49,747 nt of DNA from a virus (lineage: Duplodnaviria > Caudoviricetes): positions 1-49,747 of IMG/VR virus record IMGVR_UViG_3300017963_000080. One strand, given 5' to 3'. Every line of letters begins with the position of its first letter. Position 1 is the stretch's first letter. Below, one piece after another: positions 8,937 through 18,738 of the stretch. Below the pieces are notes generated by a model that did not search any database, was not told where the DNA came from, and was given only the letters and a program-made list of their open reading frames with translations. The position numbers and the translations under genes are program-made.

Positions 8937-9160
8937 TAAGGATTGAGGTCTGGTGTAAGAATGATGGGAACGACAACTCATTTGAAATATATGGGGGACA
9001 CCCTATTGTTGATACGCAGCCGCTTTGTAATGAACTATGCCGGATCAATGCAGTCGCTATAGCGGAACTATTAAGGCAAGTACTGCCGGAGGGGACTTTA
9101 CGTGTATTAATTAACGCATTGATCATTGATGGTATCAGCGCTGAGGTGGATGATGAGTAA
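8933..9160 (+). CDS. Hypothetical protein
   Basis: Start overlaps the previous stop; RBS-like ggaggg. Confidence 0.55.
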   Translation: MIRIEVWCKNDGNDNSFEIYGGHPIVDTQPLCNELCRINAVAIAELLRQVLPEGTLRVLINALIIDGISAEVDDE

Positions 9161-9701
9161 CCTCAAAAGAAGGATGGAACGCAATGAACTTTTTATGGCA
9201 GAAGCCAATGAACTTGCATCAACTCAGATTGATGATATGGTTAATGTTGTGCGGGAAATTCTTGATATTTCGTATTTGGCGTATGGTAACTTGCTTGAAC
9301 TTGGCGTGTTGTCGTTAGGCCCGATGCAATGTTTTGACAGCCTTGACACCCTAACGTACTATTGTGACTTTCAGCGCTACCAGTATACTTTTTTTGATTG
9401 GGGGAGGTTGCTAATCAAGCAACCAATTAAGGCTTTCCTTCAAAATAATGAGTATGACATGCAATTAAGGGCAAGCATCTCAATATTGCAGGGGTGTTGT
9501 GTGTATTTGATGTCCATTATAGGCAATCATGGGCTTGATAATCTGTTTGGGATTATTCATAATTCAAATATGGAAAAACTCTGGCCGGATAAACGCCCCA
9601 GGTTTGATCCTAAGCGTCCGTATGTGATCATTAAACCGGGTGGGTGGGTGTCGCCACAAAACGTATTAGAGGCTAAAATGAGAAGTCTGGGGAGGGAATG
9701 A
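9153..9701 (+). CDS. Hypothetical protein
   Basis: ORF in operon; RBS gaggtgg. Confidence 0.6.
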   Translation: MSNLKRRMERNELFMAEANELASTQIDDMVNVVREILDISYLAYGNLLELGVLSLGPMQCFDSLDTLTYYCDFQRYQYTFFDWGRLLIKQPIKAFLQNNEYDMQLRASISILQGCCVYLMSIIGNHGLDNLFGIIHNSNMEKLWPDKRPRFDPKRPYVIIKPGGWVSPQNVLEAKMRSLGRE

Positions 9702-9702
9702 C

Positions 9703-9888
9703 ATGAGGCATTGTGAACATGTGTGGGTGATTGGGAAACCACAGAAGGTGCGTGGAATTATTGGCTATATCGCGCCAATAGCATACAACGGTATCATCTC
9801 AAAACATTTCGGTGCTGGAGATTCTCCGGAAGAAGCTATCGCCAGTGCTGAAAAGAAAACCACTGAGTCGTGGAGGTGGAGAATATGA
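9703..9888 (+). CDS. Small hypothetical protein
   Basis: RBS ggaggg; operon context. Confidence 0.5.
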   Translation: MRHCEHVWVIGKPQKVRGIIGYIAPIAYNGIISKHFGAGDSPEEAIASAEKKTTESWRWRI

Positions 9889-9973
9889 TGTATGACTTGA
9901 ACGTCACCGGCGGCAATGGGGCAAAGTCATTATTTATGGCCCCTCGCATGGCGGCAATGGTGAAGGAGGCCGT

Positions 9974-10291
9974 ATGACTAGAGAAGAGTTATTGGCGCTG
10001 CCATACGCCAAATATCAGCGGACAGCACACTGGAAACGGTTGAAAGAATTCGTCTGGATTCGCGAACAGGGTCGATGTGCCTTATGCAATCGTGACGCGA
10101 AACATTTACATCACAGGAGTTATCGTCATAGAGGCGATTTCAAGAATGAGGTTATGGATTGTTATGCATTGTGTGCGCGATGCCATAAAACATTCCATAC
10201 GTATTACAGTATAAAAAAAAATAATTCAAAGCTAACTGAAAACGACCTGATACAGCTTAAAGATGGATCTTACGTGTTAATGCGAGAGTAA
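9974..10291 (+). CDS. HNH endonuclease-family protein
   Basis: CALC...HLHHRSY...LCARCH; RBS aggagg. Confidence 0.8.
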   Translation: MTREELLALPYAKYQRTAHWKRLKEFVWIREQGRCALCNRDAKHLHHRSYRHRGDFKNEVMDCYALCARCHKTFHTYYSIKKNNSKLTENDLIQLKDGSYVLMRE

Positions 10292-10400
10292 AAAATTCTC
10301 TTTTTTTTTGAAATAGTACTTGACAAATGTCAAGTACGGACTTATAGTATATGTGATGCTAATGAAATAAAAGATAAAAACTTAAAAAGGAGAAGAAAAA
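10291..10400 (+). promoter_or_regulatory. Sigma70-like promoter cassette copy 1 with palindromic operator
   Basis: TTGACA 10320-10325, 17 bp spacer, TATAGT 10343-10348; palindrome gtacttgaca-aa-tgtcaagtac 10316-10337; near-identical to 20159-20268. Confidence 0.85.
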
Positions 10401-10595
10401 ATGGAAAAATCAGAAAGATTAATGCAAGAAAATTTAGCATGGCAGAAAAACAACAAAGGGTTGAACTTTGAACTCATGGACAAGATCGCAGAGTCTATTG
10501 AGGTAGAATTACCTCAAATGATAGAGGAAGCACGCGTGGAACGAAAAAAAAGAGAGACTATCGTCCAGGATTGGTTCGACAGATGGTCGCAATAA
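10401..10595 (+). CDS. Small hypothetical (early) protein
   Basis: Directly after the promoter and RBS aaggag. Confidence 0.7.
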   Translation: MEKSERLMQENLAWQKNNKGLNFELMDKIAESIEVELPQMIEEARVERKKRETIVQDWFDRWSQ

Positions 10596-10720
10596 TCTAA
10601 GATGAGCAGACCTCCGAGAGACAAAAATGATCAAATCCATTAATCCGTTCCATTAATCCGTTTAAAAAGAAATAGGAGCCATCTGGGAGTGTACACTGTA
10701 CACTCCCAGATGGAAAGAGT

Positions 10721-11011
10721 ATGTATATTGAAAGGGAAGAAGCATTGAAAAGAATTGAAGCCGCAAAAGCCTTCACGACTTGTGGCATGGGCTGCCATAT
10801 TGCCACATTTGATTTTGGAGTATGGGTTCAGGGGCGTAGTGCTGCCCTTGATAACACGAGTGATCTATTTGAAGTGCCGAGGGATGTAGCCTCTGAGTTG
10901 AGGCTACATGAAAAATATGTGGAATTTGGGGGCAGGGAATATTTGCCGCCAGTACACGATTCCCGCTGTTTTAACGGCGGGAAAATGGTTTTTGTAAACA
11001 AGGGTGTGTGA
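10721..11011 (+). CDS. Hypothetical protein
   Basis: ORF right after a 35-bp palindrome. Confidence 0.55.
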   Translation: MYIEREEALKRIEAAKAFTTCGMGCHIATFDFGVWVQGRSAALDNTSDLFEVPRDVASELRLHEKYVEFGGREYLPPVHDSRCFNGGKMVFVNKGV

Positions 11012-11047
11012 CGGAAGAAATATTAACCAAAGCAAAGGAGAGTAATC

Positions 11048-11290
11048 ATGAGAGCAGGTAGAAACATTTGGAAATGCAATGGGAAAAGTGGTTGTGGTCA
11101 TGGATTTAAAAGTCAAATCCATCCTTCGGAATGCCCTGAATGCGGTTGGTATGAAATCCAACCGAAAGTGAATATGAATCGTGTCCACGGTAATACTTAT
11201 GAGTATTATCGCGGAGATACGGAATGGGAAGCGGCCGCGAATGAGGTTTTGAAATCTGCGGCAAATTATAATTTTCGCTGTGGAAAGTAA
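11048..11290 (+). CDS. Small zinc-ribbon protein
   Basis: WKC....GCGH...CPECG; RBS aaggag. Confidence 0.6.
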   Translation: MRAGRNIWKCNGKSGCGHGFKSQIHPSECPECGWYEIQPKVNMNRVHGNTYEYYRGDTEWEAAANEVLKSAANYNFRCGK

Positions 11291-11308
11291 CAAGCAAGAG
11301 GGAATAAT

Positions 11309-11986
11309 ATGGCAAATCCAAAACAATGTAAGATATTGAAGCAAGGCGCTGCAATTTGGAACCAGTGGCGGCGACAGAACCCGGATGATATTGCCCTACA
11401 GTTTGCAGATCTGCAAGAAGCAGATCTGCAAGGGGTAGACCTCATAGCGGCAGACCTCCGAGGAGCAGACCTCAGAGGTGCAGACCTATGGAAAGCAGAC
11501 CTCAGGGGTGCAGACCTCCGAGGAGCAGACCTCCGAGCGGCAGATCTAAGAGGAGCATACCTCATAGAGGCAGATCTCCGAGGAGCAGACCTCAGGGGTG
11601 CAGACCTATGGAAAGCAGACCTCAGGGGTGCAGACCTCCGAGGAGCAGACCTCCGAGAGGCAAATCTCAGAAATGCAGACCTTAGAGAGGCGAATTCGCT
11701 ATGGTCAAATCTGGAGATGGCAGATCTCAGAGGGGCAGGACTCCCTGAGAGTGATTGCATCATGGAAGTAGATGGGTACCACGTACATTTCCAAGGCGGT
11801 GAGTCCCTCCGCGTAGGCTGCACTTGCGAGCCTATTGATTGGTGGATCGACCAGTCGATTGAAACGCTGGCAGAGTTAGATCCTGATCTAACTCTTGATA
11901 CTGCCAGAACATTGCGGAAAACACTTGTAACTAAGGCGCAAGAGCTTGGTTGTATAAAGGAGGGAGAAAATGACAGCGAGAGATGA
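11309..11986 (+). CDS. Pentapeptide repeat protein (copy 1)
   Basis: Tandem A(D/N)LxG pentapeptides; WNQWR N-cap; LRVGC C-terminal domain. Confidence 0.92.
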   Translation: MANPKQCKILKQGAAIWNQWRRQNPDDIALQFADLQEADLQGVDLIAADLRGADLRGADLWKADLRGADLRGADLRAADLRGAYLIEADLRGADLRGADLWKADLRGADLRGADLREANLRNADLREANSLWSNLEMADLRGAGLPESDCIMEVDGYHVHFQGGESLRVGCTCEPIDWWIDQSIETLAELDPDLTLDTARTLRKTLVTKAQELGCIKEGENDSER

Positions 11987-12128
11987 ATTGCTAGATGTCG
12001 TCAGGAAATTGAACTATAGCCGCCTGTTCTCGCCGGAAAGGCGGCTGTTAAATGAACATATTCGAGAATTGACAGAAGATTTAAGACGTGAGTACACCAA
12101 GCTTATGTTGCAGGGGGGAAGGCGACCT

Positions 12129-12473
12129 TCAAATGCCCCATGAACTAAAGTCCTCTTCCACCTCATCCTGTTGAATGTCAACTGCTTCGCGTGGTGTGCT
12201 ACCTCCCGTGTCAAACCCGTTTGTGAGGGTGTTGAATTCTGTTACTAATTCATCAAGCTTAGCCTCCAATGCCTTCACGCTTTTCTCAATACGTTTCAGC
12301 ACATTGTCTCCACTATTGTCGTGTGCTTCAAAATGATCAAGCATTGCCCGGTAGGCATTCGTATGCGTTCCATACTTATGCCTCAACTTGTTGCGATACT
12401 CAATCCTCCTCCTATCGTCTACGTCATTTTGGTCTAACCACACCTGTATATTCTTCATCTTTTCCCCATTCAC
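12129..12473 (-). CDS. Hypothetical DNA-binding protein, possibly ParR-like adaptor
   Basis: Short N-terminal strand/helix, coiled coil, acidic tail; last gene of the ParM-containing operon. Confidence 0.35.
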   Translation of the reverse strand: MNGEKMKNIQVWLDQNDVDDRRRIEYRNKLRHKYGTHTNAYRAMLDHFEAHDNSGDNVLKRIEKSVKALEAKLDELVTEFNTLTNGFDTGGSTPREAVDIQQDEVEEDFSSWGI

Positions 12474-12497
12474 AAGTTTTGTGTTCTTTATTTTTGA

Positions 12498-12956
12498 TTA
12501 TTTCTTGTCATAGCACCGGAACCATCGGCTAACAACTTCTTGTAGCTTTGAGAGAGTTGCCTGATCACCATGAAAATCTTTTAATGGGGTTCCCCTGTAG
12601 TCCCATATTTGGAACCTTTCAGGAGTTTCTACCGTCCCCCATATTATGATGATCGTAAATCGCTTAATACTACATAATGCCTCAAACATTATACGCTGCC
12701 CTTTAGGGAGAGCCTTTCCTGGTTCCTTTACCTCTAACACAAGGAAATACCCTTGTGTCTCGACAATTCCATCAATATCTGTTATGCGAATTCCACGGTC
12801 AAAACAATTATTAAAATAGCTCCAGTCTGAAGAAGAAAGCCAAAATTTGAGGGCATTATAAATGTTTCCGTGATTGCCAATTTGTCCCATACACTTTTCA
12901 ATATCTTGTTCTCCAAAGATACCTATTAAAGATTCCTTTTGTTCATGCCTACTCAT
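12498..12956 (-). CDS. PD-(D/E)XK nuclease-like protein
   Basis: TDIDG...LEVK...GQ motif. Confidence 0.6.
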   Translation of the reverse strand: MSRHEQKESLIGIFGEQDIEKCMGQIGNHGNIYNALKFWLSSSDWSYFNNCFDRGIRITDIDGIVETQGYFLVLEVKEPGKALPKGQRIMFEALCSIKRFTIIIIWGTVETPERFQIWDYRGTPLKDFHGDQATLSKLQEVVSRWFRCYDKK

Positions 12957-14475
12957 TCACGATCTCATCTATCCTCTTGACGGCAGCATTGTAATACACT
13001 TTGTTTTGTTCTATCCCTATCCCTCTCCTTCCAGTCTTTTTTGAAACCGCCATAGTTGTTCCAACCCCCATGAATCCATCAAAGATGGTATCACTATGAT
13101 TACTACTTATCTCAATAAGGTACCGGATTAAGGCTTCTGGCTTTTGTGTCGGATGCAAGGTTTGACCATCTATCAATTTAACCCTTTCACTTCTCCCACA
13201 TATTGGTGAAAGGCGGTATTGTAGCATTTCTTGTTTATCTCCTTGCCAGTTGAATGTGTGGTCACCACCATCTTTGGTGAAAAAAATGATATATTCAACA
13301 CACGGGCGGTAGGTATGTTTCATGAATTGAGGAGGGGGATTTGTCTTGCACCATAGGAGTACCTCGCGAAAAGTTAACCCATTAGTTTTGTTTATAATTT
13401 GGGTAAAAAACGATAGGTACAGGTGCGAGGTAAAAAAATATGCACTCCCCCCAGGCACCAGAATTCTTTCGCTCTCAGAAACCCAAGTCGATATGCACTT
13501 TACAAAATCTTCAAAAGATTGATTGTCCCATTCTCCACCACCAAAATCCTTGTCGATGTCTGAATTGTTATCCCTAGTGAATATCCTTTTTTTAGAAATA
13601 TTGTATGGAGGATCTGTCAGGATTAAATCTATTGATGCATCTTTGACACCTTTAACCTCATCAGAGAAATCCCCATTAATAAGAGTAATCCCTCTTGAGG
13701 AAACATTATGACAGTGATTCACTTTCACAGCATTCGAGACTAGTGCTTTTCTTTTGGCTTTGGTTACTCCTTTTATAATCTTTTTCAAATCTCCATTGGG
13801 GTTTATCTTTCGCTGCTCAAAGACCTCATTACGTGTTTCTTTGCTTAATTGTGCGATTTGTTTGGCTTGGTTGCCATTGAGTTTGCCTGACTTTATGGCA
13901 TCATACACATCAGGCGCGTCCTTCTTGTATTTCTTCACATCCTGGACATACCGTTCATTCACCCCTACAGCCTTAGCCACAACTACCCTTGCTTGCGCCT
14001 TTCGTTTGACAACATCCTTCGTAGGATTTTTATTTATCTCATGAGGAGAAACAGCTTGAGGAAAATTTTCCTCAAGCTGTTTCTGACCTCTGTGTCCATG
14101 TGTCTCCTTTCCGGCTGCTTGTTGGCGTTGTTTGGCTTCTGCCTCCGCGAAAGGAAGGGCTTCTGCTGCGACTACTGCCTTTTGCATTGCGGTCAGATGG
14201 CGTCTATGTAGGTTGAGGGAAATTACGAATTGCACGAGTGATCCGGTACCGTCCCATGTGCGGAATTTCGGATCTATACCTAACTCTGTACATGCTTTAT
14301 ACCTATTTCTCCCGTCGATTATGCTACCGTCCGGATGCAGCCACACAGGCTCCAGCAGTCCATTCGCTTTGATATCTGCCTTTAGTCCGTCAAGTTCATC
14401 CTCCGTCATCATCGGGAAGATGTCCGCTACCGGGTTAATGTCTATTTTAGTCTCCATACACTCCCTCCTTGTCAT
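12949..14475 (-). CDS. ParB/Srx-domain + beta-class DNA methyltransferase fusion
   Basis: IKANGLLEPV...IIDGRNRY...NLHRRHL; TDPPY, HPTQKP, DGFMGVGTT. Confidence 0.9.
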   Translation of the reverse strand: MTRRECMETKIDINPVADIFPMMTEDELDGLKADIKANGLLEPVWLHPDGSIIDGRNRYKACTELGIDPKFRTWDGTGSLVQFVISLNLHRRHLTAMQKAVVAAEALPFAEAEAKQRQQAAGKETHGHRGQKQLEENFPQAVSPHEINKNPTKDVVKRKAQARVVVAKAVGVNERYVQDVKKYKKDAPDVYDAIKSGKLNGNQAKQIAQLSKETRNEVFEQRKINPNGDLKKIIKGVTKAKRKALVSNAVKVNHCHNVSSRGITLINGDFSDEVKGVKDASIDLILTDPPYNISKKRIFTRDNNSDIDKDFGGGEWDNQSFEDFVKCISTWVSESERILVPGGSAYFFTSHLYLSFFTQIINKTNGLTFREVLLWCKTNPPPQFMKHTYRPCVEYIIFFTKDGGDHTFNWQGDKQEMLQYRLSPICGRSERVKLIDGQTLHPTQKPEALIRYLIEISSNHSDTIFDGFMGVGTTMAVSKKTGRRGIGIEQNKVYYNAAVKRIDEIVNE

Positions 14476-14681
14476 TGGATCGTCAAGAATGATTGATCAA
14501 AATCCCTCTGGCTATATGACTCAAATTCGATGTCATCAAAGGCATCGCGGTTATTGAGGACAATAATGGGTTCAGAGGTAAGAAACCTACGTCCACAATC
14601 GCCAAATTCAATGCCTACGATCTGCATCTCAGGCGGGTACTGCTGTAGTTGTTTTTTAATATCCTCCACCGTCATTTTCAT
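14472..14681 (-). CDS. Small hypothetical protein
   Basis: MTVEDIKKQLQQYPPEM pattern common in phages; RBS gaggagg. Confidence 0.6.
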   Translation of the reverse strand: MKMTVEDIKKQLQQYPPEMQIVGIEFGDCGRRFLTSEPIIVLNNRDAFDDIEFESYSQRDFDQSFLTIQ

Positions 14682-14693
14682 GATACTTCCTCC

Positions 14694-15761
14694 TCATTGT
14701 TGCTTAATTTCTATGTATTTTGCCAAACCTCTAATAACAGACAGATGCGGTTCTGGTTTATTGCGGTCATCCGCAGCAACCTTGACTTTTGAGAAGATCT
14801 CAGCAAATTGTTTCTCAAGAGGATCAATCCCGTATAGGCACGGGCCGCCTCCTAAAATCAAATTTCCACGTTTTCCAGGTTCTTTCTTCGCATTTCGCAA
14901 GAAGAACCCTACTCCGCTCTTAATCTCCGCATCATGCATGAAAGCGTGGACGAGTCTCCGGTTGATATGCTCAAAGTTTACTCCCTCCAGTTGCTTCTTA
15001 CAGAGGATACTGTTGATAATTTGGTACTGTGTGGGCTGAAACCCACACTTTGAATGTGCATATGTGCCTAACTCTGGTGCTATCTCCAACACTCCACGAA
15101 AGATGCTCTCCGCTGAGACCTTGCGAAAATCCCCTCGGAAATGCGCTAACTCAATTGAGTTTGAACCCAATACCATCGTAGTAATGCTTCCATTCTCAAG
15201 TAATTCTACTCCACGTTTCCCGGTCAGTGTATTCTTACGCTGGAATACTTGGTCAAAAAGTACACACGTCCCTTGTGGAACGATGTGGACTCTATCTATA
15301 ATGACTTGACGCGCTATCCCCTCATTGACTTGCACGGAATTGATTTTTTTCCCCTGTAGCATCTTAATCAACTCATCTGCTTTCCCCATGTGGCCTGCTG
15401 GAATTGCAAGCCCAAGTGACACCGTGCATTGTTCTTTCGCCATCATACAATCCAATGAATGGCCTATGGCGTAGAATACCCCCAGCAAATGCTTCTTGCT
15501 TCCATAGAGGTCTTCCTGTCGTGTAACATTATATCGGTCATGTAGGCGCACATCTGCGCCTACAATGCCAGAGTATGATTTCGGCTCTGTCAATCTGAGC
15601 CGAGCAAACCTCTCTTCCGTGTCACACGGAAAAAAGAATGATGGTAGTTGCCATACTGAGGGATTTTTTAACCCGTCCTCATAGTATGACACTTTCATGC
15701 ATGTCGTCCCAATATCAATACCGATTTGATAACTCTTCATACGGATTCCCCCCAACGGCAT
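14694..15761 (-). CDS. ParM/StbA-like actin-fold ATPase
   Basis: IGIDIGTT..K phosphate-1 motif; LAIP; VPQG; LGGG adenosine motif; RGL at the C-terminus. Confidence 0.75.
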   Translation of the reverse strand: MPLGGIRMKSYQIGIDIGTTCMKVSYYEDGLKNPSVWQLPSFFFPCDTEERFARLRLTEPKSYSGIVGADVRLHDRYNVTRQEDLYGSKKHLLGVFYAIGHSLDCMMAKEQCTVSLGLAIPAGHMGKADELIKMLQGKKINSVQVNEGIARQVIIDRVHIVPQGTCVLFDQVFQRKNTLTGKRGVELLENGSITTMVLGSNSIELAHFRGDFRKVSAESIFRGVLEIAPELGTYAHSKCGFQPTQYQIINSILCKKQLEGVNFEHINRRLVHAFMHDAEIKSGVGFFLRNAKKEPGKRGNLILGGGPCLYGIDPLEKQFAEIFSKVKVAADDRNKPEPHLSVIRGLAKYIEIKQQ

Positions 15762-15934
15762 AAAGTTATAAGTTCTGGATTGTGTATTTGGTGTGGAATG
15801 TTACTCTTAGTTGCAGAATACGGAGTACACCCCGTAATCAGAAGCATAATGATTGTGAATATAATGCAGAATGCGAAAAGTACCTTGTCCCATCTGTCCA
15901 TATGTATTCTCCTCTTGTGTCTGTTAGTAATCAT
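15737..15934 (-). CDS. Small putative lipoprotein/membrane protein
   Basis: Hydrophobic stretch ending LLITGC (lipobox-like). Confidence 0.45.
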   Translation of the reverse strand: MITNRHKRRIHMDRWDKVLFAFCIIFTIIMLLITGCTPYSATKSNIPHQIHNPELITLCRWGESV

Positions 15935-16139
15935 TGAGTTAATTCAAAATAAAAGTACTATAGCTTTATATAGCCGTCAACATTTTATCCTAAAAATCAA
16001 TAAAAAACTATAGTGCCATGGTTCAAAAAAAAGAACTGAACTTTTGCCTATGTCCTCAGTTCTGCCTTCATTAAGCACGGTTCACCGGTTCAGTTTCGTT
16101 TAGTACATACTGCAAATTGTCAAAATGTATGCACTCAGT

Positions 16140-17729
16140 TCAGTTCTCTCCCAAATTCTTCACCGGGATCGGTTTTAGTGGAACAACATTACCTCTAAGG
16201 ATAGCATTGAGGCGTGCTAATTCTGCGTCGGTCATTGATTTTGGAGTCGTCTGATTGCCAGACATCCATTTTTTGACCTTCCATGCCTCAACGTTCGCTT
16301 TCCCTGCTAAAGCTTCTTGGGTCAACCCTAATCTATGCATTTTATCTTTTGCACTTTCCGTTCCGTTCGCATCATTTGGTCTACTTGGAATTTTGCTAAT
16401 CGGGTGCATTTGTCCAGCGGGCCTCCCGTTGGCGACTTGCTTGTACACCACATCCATATCCTCTATAGTGCAATAAGGGATTGAGACTACATGGGCGTTA
16501 CTCTCAATATCCATGTAGACCGCCTGTCCAGGCTTCTTACACTGAGAGATTAATTCCGTCACCTCGTTGTCCTTGTAGAATGTCCTTGCCTGATGTCTCT
16601 TGGCGCGATACATTAATGAGGTCACGAAGTTGTCACGTATGGCGCTACTGCCAAAATCTTGCGCGAGAGGACTTTTGCTAGTTATGTGTAAGTACCACCC
16701 GAACTTCCGCCCCTCAAAGATCATCTTCTCTTCAAACTTTAGCAATTCCGGCCCACCATTACTACTTGATTTCCAAAGCTGATGCTCATCTACTACGATA
16801 ATATGGGGGGTGTCTCCATCCCCATCTTCTTTGTGAGCCTCAAATTTTGCGTCCAATTCTCGTACAACGTCGCCAACGACAGCAGGGTTATTGTACACCC
16901 GAAAAGTTGGAAGTTCCGCGAGCTTGCCGAGCCTATCAACAAGACTTTCGCGGCGTTTGTCCGGGTAATGAGGATCAAGGATTGTATACCTTGGCATATA
17001 AGCTATTAGCGCCTGTGCGATGCTATACGCCTCCCCACTTGTTTTTCCGGACCCAGGAGTCCCAATGACCACAGTGCTATAGTTATCCTCAAGCGTGCTT
17101 CTCAATTGACTCCCATCAGTCTTAAAGCCTATCAAGAGATCTTTCCCCTTGCCAACTAGCCCATTATCAAGGACTTCGCGGAAAGTAGGGGGTCTGAATT
17201 CTCGCTTATACGTATCTTCTGCCGGTGACAATGCAGGTAATTGAGATTGTTGTAAGCTTTTGAGATCAATCGCGGATAAAAAGTTCTTGGCGAATTGTGT
17301 AAATTTCTCTGGATTTTCGATCCTCAACGCCTCTGCCTGTATCATACCGGCTGTAAGCTGTATCATCTCAGGTTGGGCTGCAAGCTTACGATGCATTGAA
17401 ATTTCTGAGTACTGCCCGATCTTTTGAGTAATAATTTGACTCTCGCGAAAAATTTTAAGCGAATAAGCAGAAGCCAGCAGTATTGCAGCTATAGCTGCAA
17501 TCGCAACAATAGCGACAGAACAGCCCTTGTAGAATGATGCTTTCCAGGATACGAAAGCAATGTCACTGCGAAGTTCTTCTTGTTCTAGCGCATTCCTTAG
17601 CGCTATAGTTTCCTGATTGACCTGGGCGTTATTATTTTTTTGCAACAGAAAAATGCCAGAAGCTAAGAAGCCCAAGAGGGCTGCGGTTGCTAGGATTGTA
17701 AGTTTTTTTTGCATAGGCGTTAGCAGCAT
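16140..17729 (-). CDS. Membrane-anchored FtsK/HerA-like P-loop ATPase with C-terminal HTH
   Basis: Two N-terminal hydrophobic helices; GTPGSGKT; IIVVDE Walker B; EGRKFG; C-terminal LTQEALAGKANV. Confidence 0.75.
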   Translation of the reverse strand: MLLTPMQKKLTILATAALLGFLASGIFLLQKNNNAQVNQETIALRNALEQEELRSDIAFVSWKASFYKGCSVAIVAIAAIAAILLASAYSLKIFRESQIITQKIGQYSEISMHRKLAAQPEMIQLTAGMIQAEALRIENPEKFTQFAKNFLSAIDLKSLQQSQLPALSPAEDTYKREFRPPTFREVLDNGLVGKGKDLLIGFKTDGSQLRSTLEDNYSTVVIGTPGSGKTSGEAYSIAQALIAYMPRYTILDPHYPDKRRESLVDRLGKLAELPTFRVYNNPAVVGDVVRELDAKFEAHKEDGDGDTPHIIVVDEHQLWKSSSNGGPELLKFEEKMIFEGRKFGWYLHITSKSPLAQDFGSSAIRDNFVTSLMYRAKRHQARTFYKDNEVTELISQCKKPGQAVYMDIESNAHVVSIPYCTIEDMDVVYKQVANGRPAGQMHPISKIPSRPNDANGTESAKDKMHRLGLTQEALAGKANVEAWKVKKWMSGNQTTPKSMTDAELARLNAILRGNVVPLKPIPVKNLGEN

Positions 17730-17936
17730 AGCTCCGTATCCTATGCGTATGTGTAGGCGGCCATCACGGGTTCCACCTATGGCCTCTATGCTGCTGTATG
17801 ATCAAAATGAGATAATAATGAAATGAAAAGTTGTGATCGGTATGTAACATAAGATACGGTAATACTATAATAATAGGATTACAATTATTGTCAAGTCATT
17901 GTTGACAAAAAAAGTACTATGTACTATATTGTACAC

Positions 17937-18140
17937 ATGAAAGAAATAAAAGTTATCCAATCAAAGCATACTAGAGAGGATTTGAGGATCAAATTGCCGC
18001 TTGACTATGTGCGAACATACGAGTTAGACAAAAAGTCAGAATTGTATGCCAAGGCAGTTGTCTCGCAGGGGAACATCGTTATTACTATCCCTGTCTCAAA
18101 TCCTGTCGGATATCAGCATGATACTAGAAGCACTTTTTGA
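17937..18140 (+). CDS. AbrB/SpoVT-like small regulator
   Basis: LRIKLP.DYV...L pattern; TTGACA promoter upstream. Confidence 0.4.
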   Translation: MKEIKVIQSKHTREDLRIKLPLDYVRTYELDKKSELYAKAVVSQGNIVITIPVSNPVGYQHDTRSTF

Positions 18141-18231
18141 AATAATCTCAGACAATATATTATTCATAGCATGTTGGTTTTTGCTAATATGCATATTGAA
18201 TATGTGGTTAGAGGGGTAAGCATTAATAATA

Positions 18232-18738
18232 ATGCAAAAAGCGAAAGTAACTAGCTTGCGTAATTATGCTGGGTTCTTGTATATTAATGAGGGGATCACT
18301 GAAATAAGTGAGTTAAGCCGAATAACAGGAATCAATGAAAACACCTTGCGTGGTTGGTGTGGCAAGGACAAGTGGCGTCTACGGTATGAGAAAAATATTT
18401 CTTCGTTGGACGCGACACTAAATGATAGCACGGCCATACTACGAAAACTTATTCGCTTACTCAAGATTGAATCAGATAGTGACATCCCCAAACGGGAACA
18501 CTTTGCATGGTTATTGGAGCAAACTCGAAAGGCTGTATGGGTCAACGAATCTCTCCTAAAGCAGGCCCCCCATAGGTCAGCTAGGAATGCGAAAGAGGCA
18601 TTAGAGATCGTTAAGGCCAAGTTGCAGGGCAGTAACCATAGTAAGGATGACATTGATAGGTTGATGCAGATCATTACGGAACAACAAATTTCCGTGATTG
18701 ACGATTACACGAACAAGCTTGAGAGTCTTACTGGGTAG
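18232..18738 (+). CDS. terS: Terminase small subunit (N-terminal HTH)
   Basis: ISELSRITGINENTLRGW..KDKW HTH; directly upstream of the large subunit. Confidence 0.75.
   Translation: MQKAKVTSLRNYAGFLYINEGITEISELSRITGINENTLRGWCGKDKWRLRYEKNISSLDATLNDSTAILRKLIRLLKIESDSDIPKREHFAWLLEQTRKAVWVNESLLKQAPHRSARNAKEALEIVKAKLQGSNHSKDDIDRLMQIITEQQISVIDDYTNKLESLTG

Noticed and set aside
11266-11823. Antisense RSAP-repeat ORFs (also 20815-21315)
   Set aside because: Shadow frames of the pentapeptide genes.
11749-11874. Near-identical repeat pair as DGR template/variable repeat
   Set aside because: No reverse transcriptase in the genome, and the single mismatch is G/T rather than adenine-specific.
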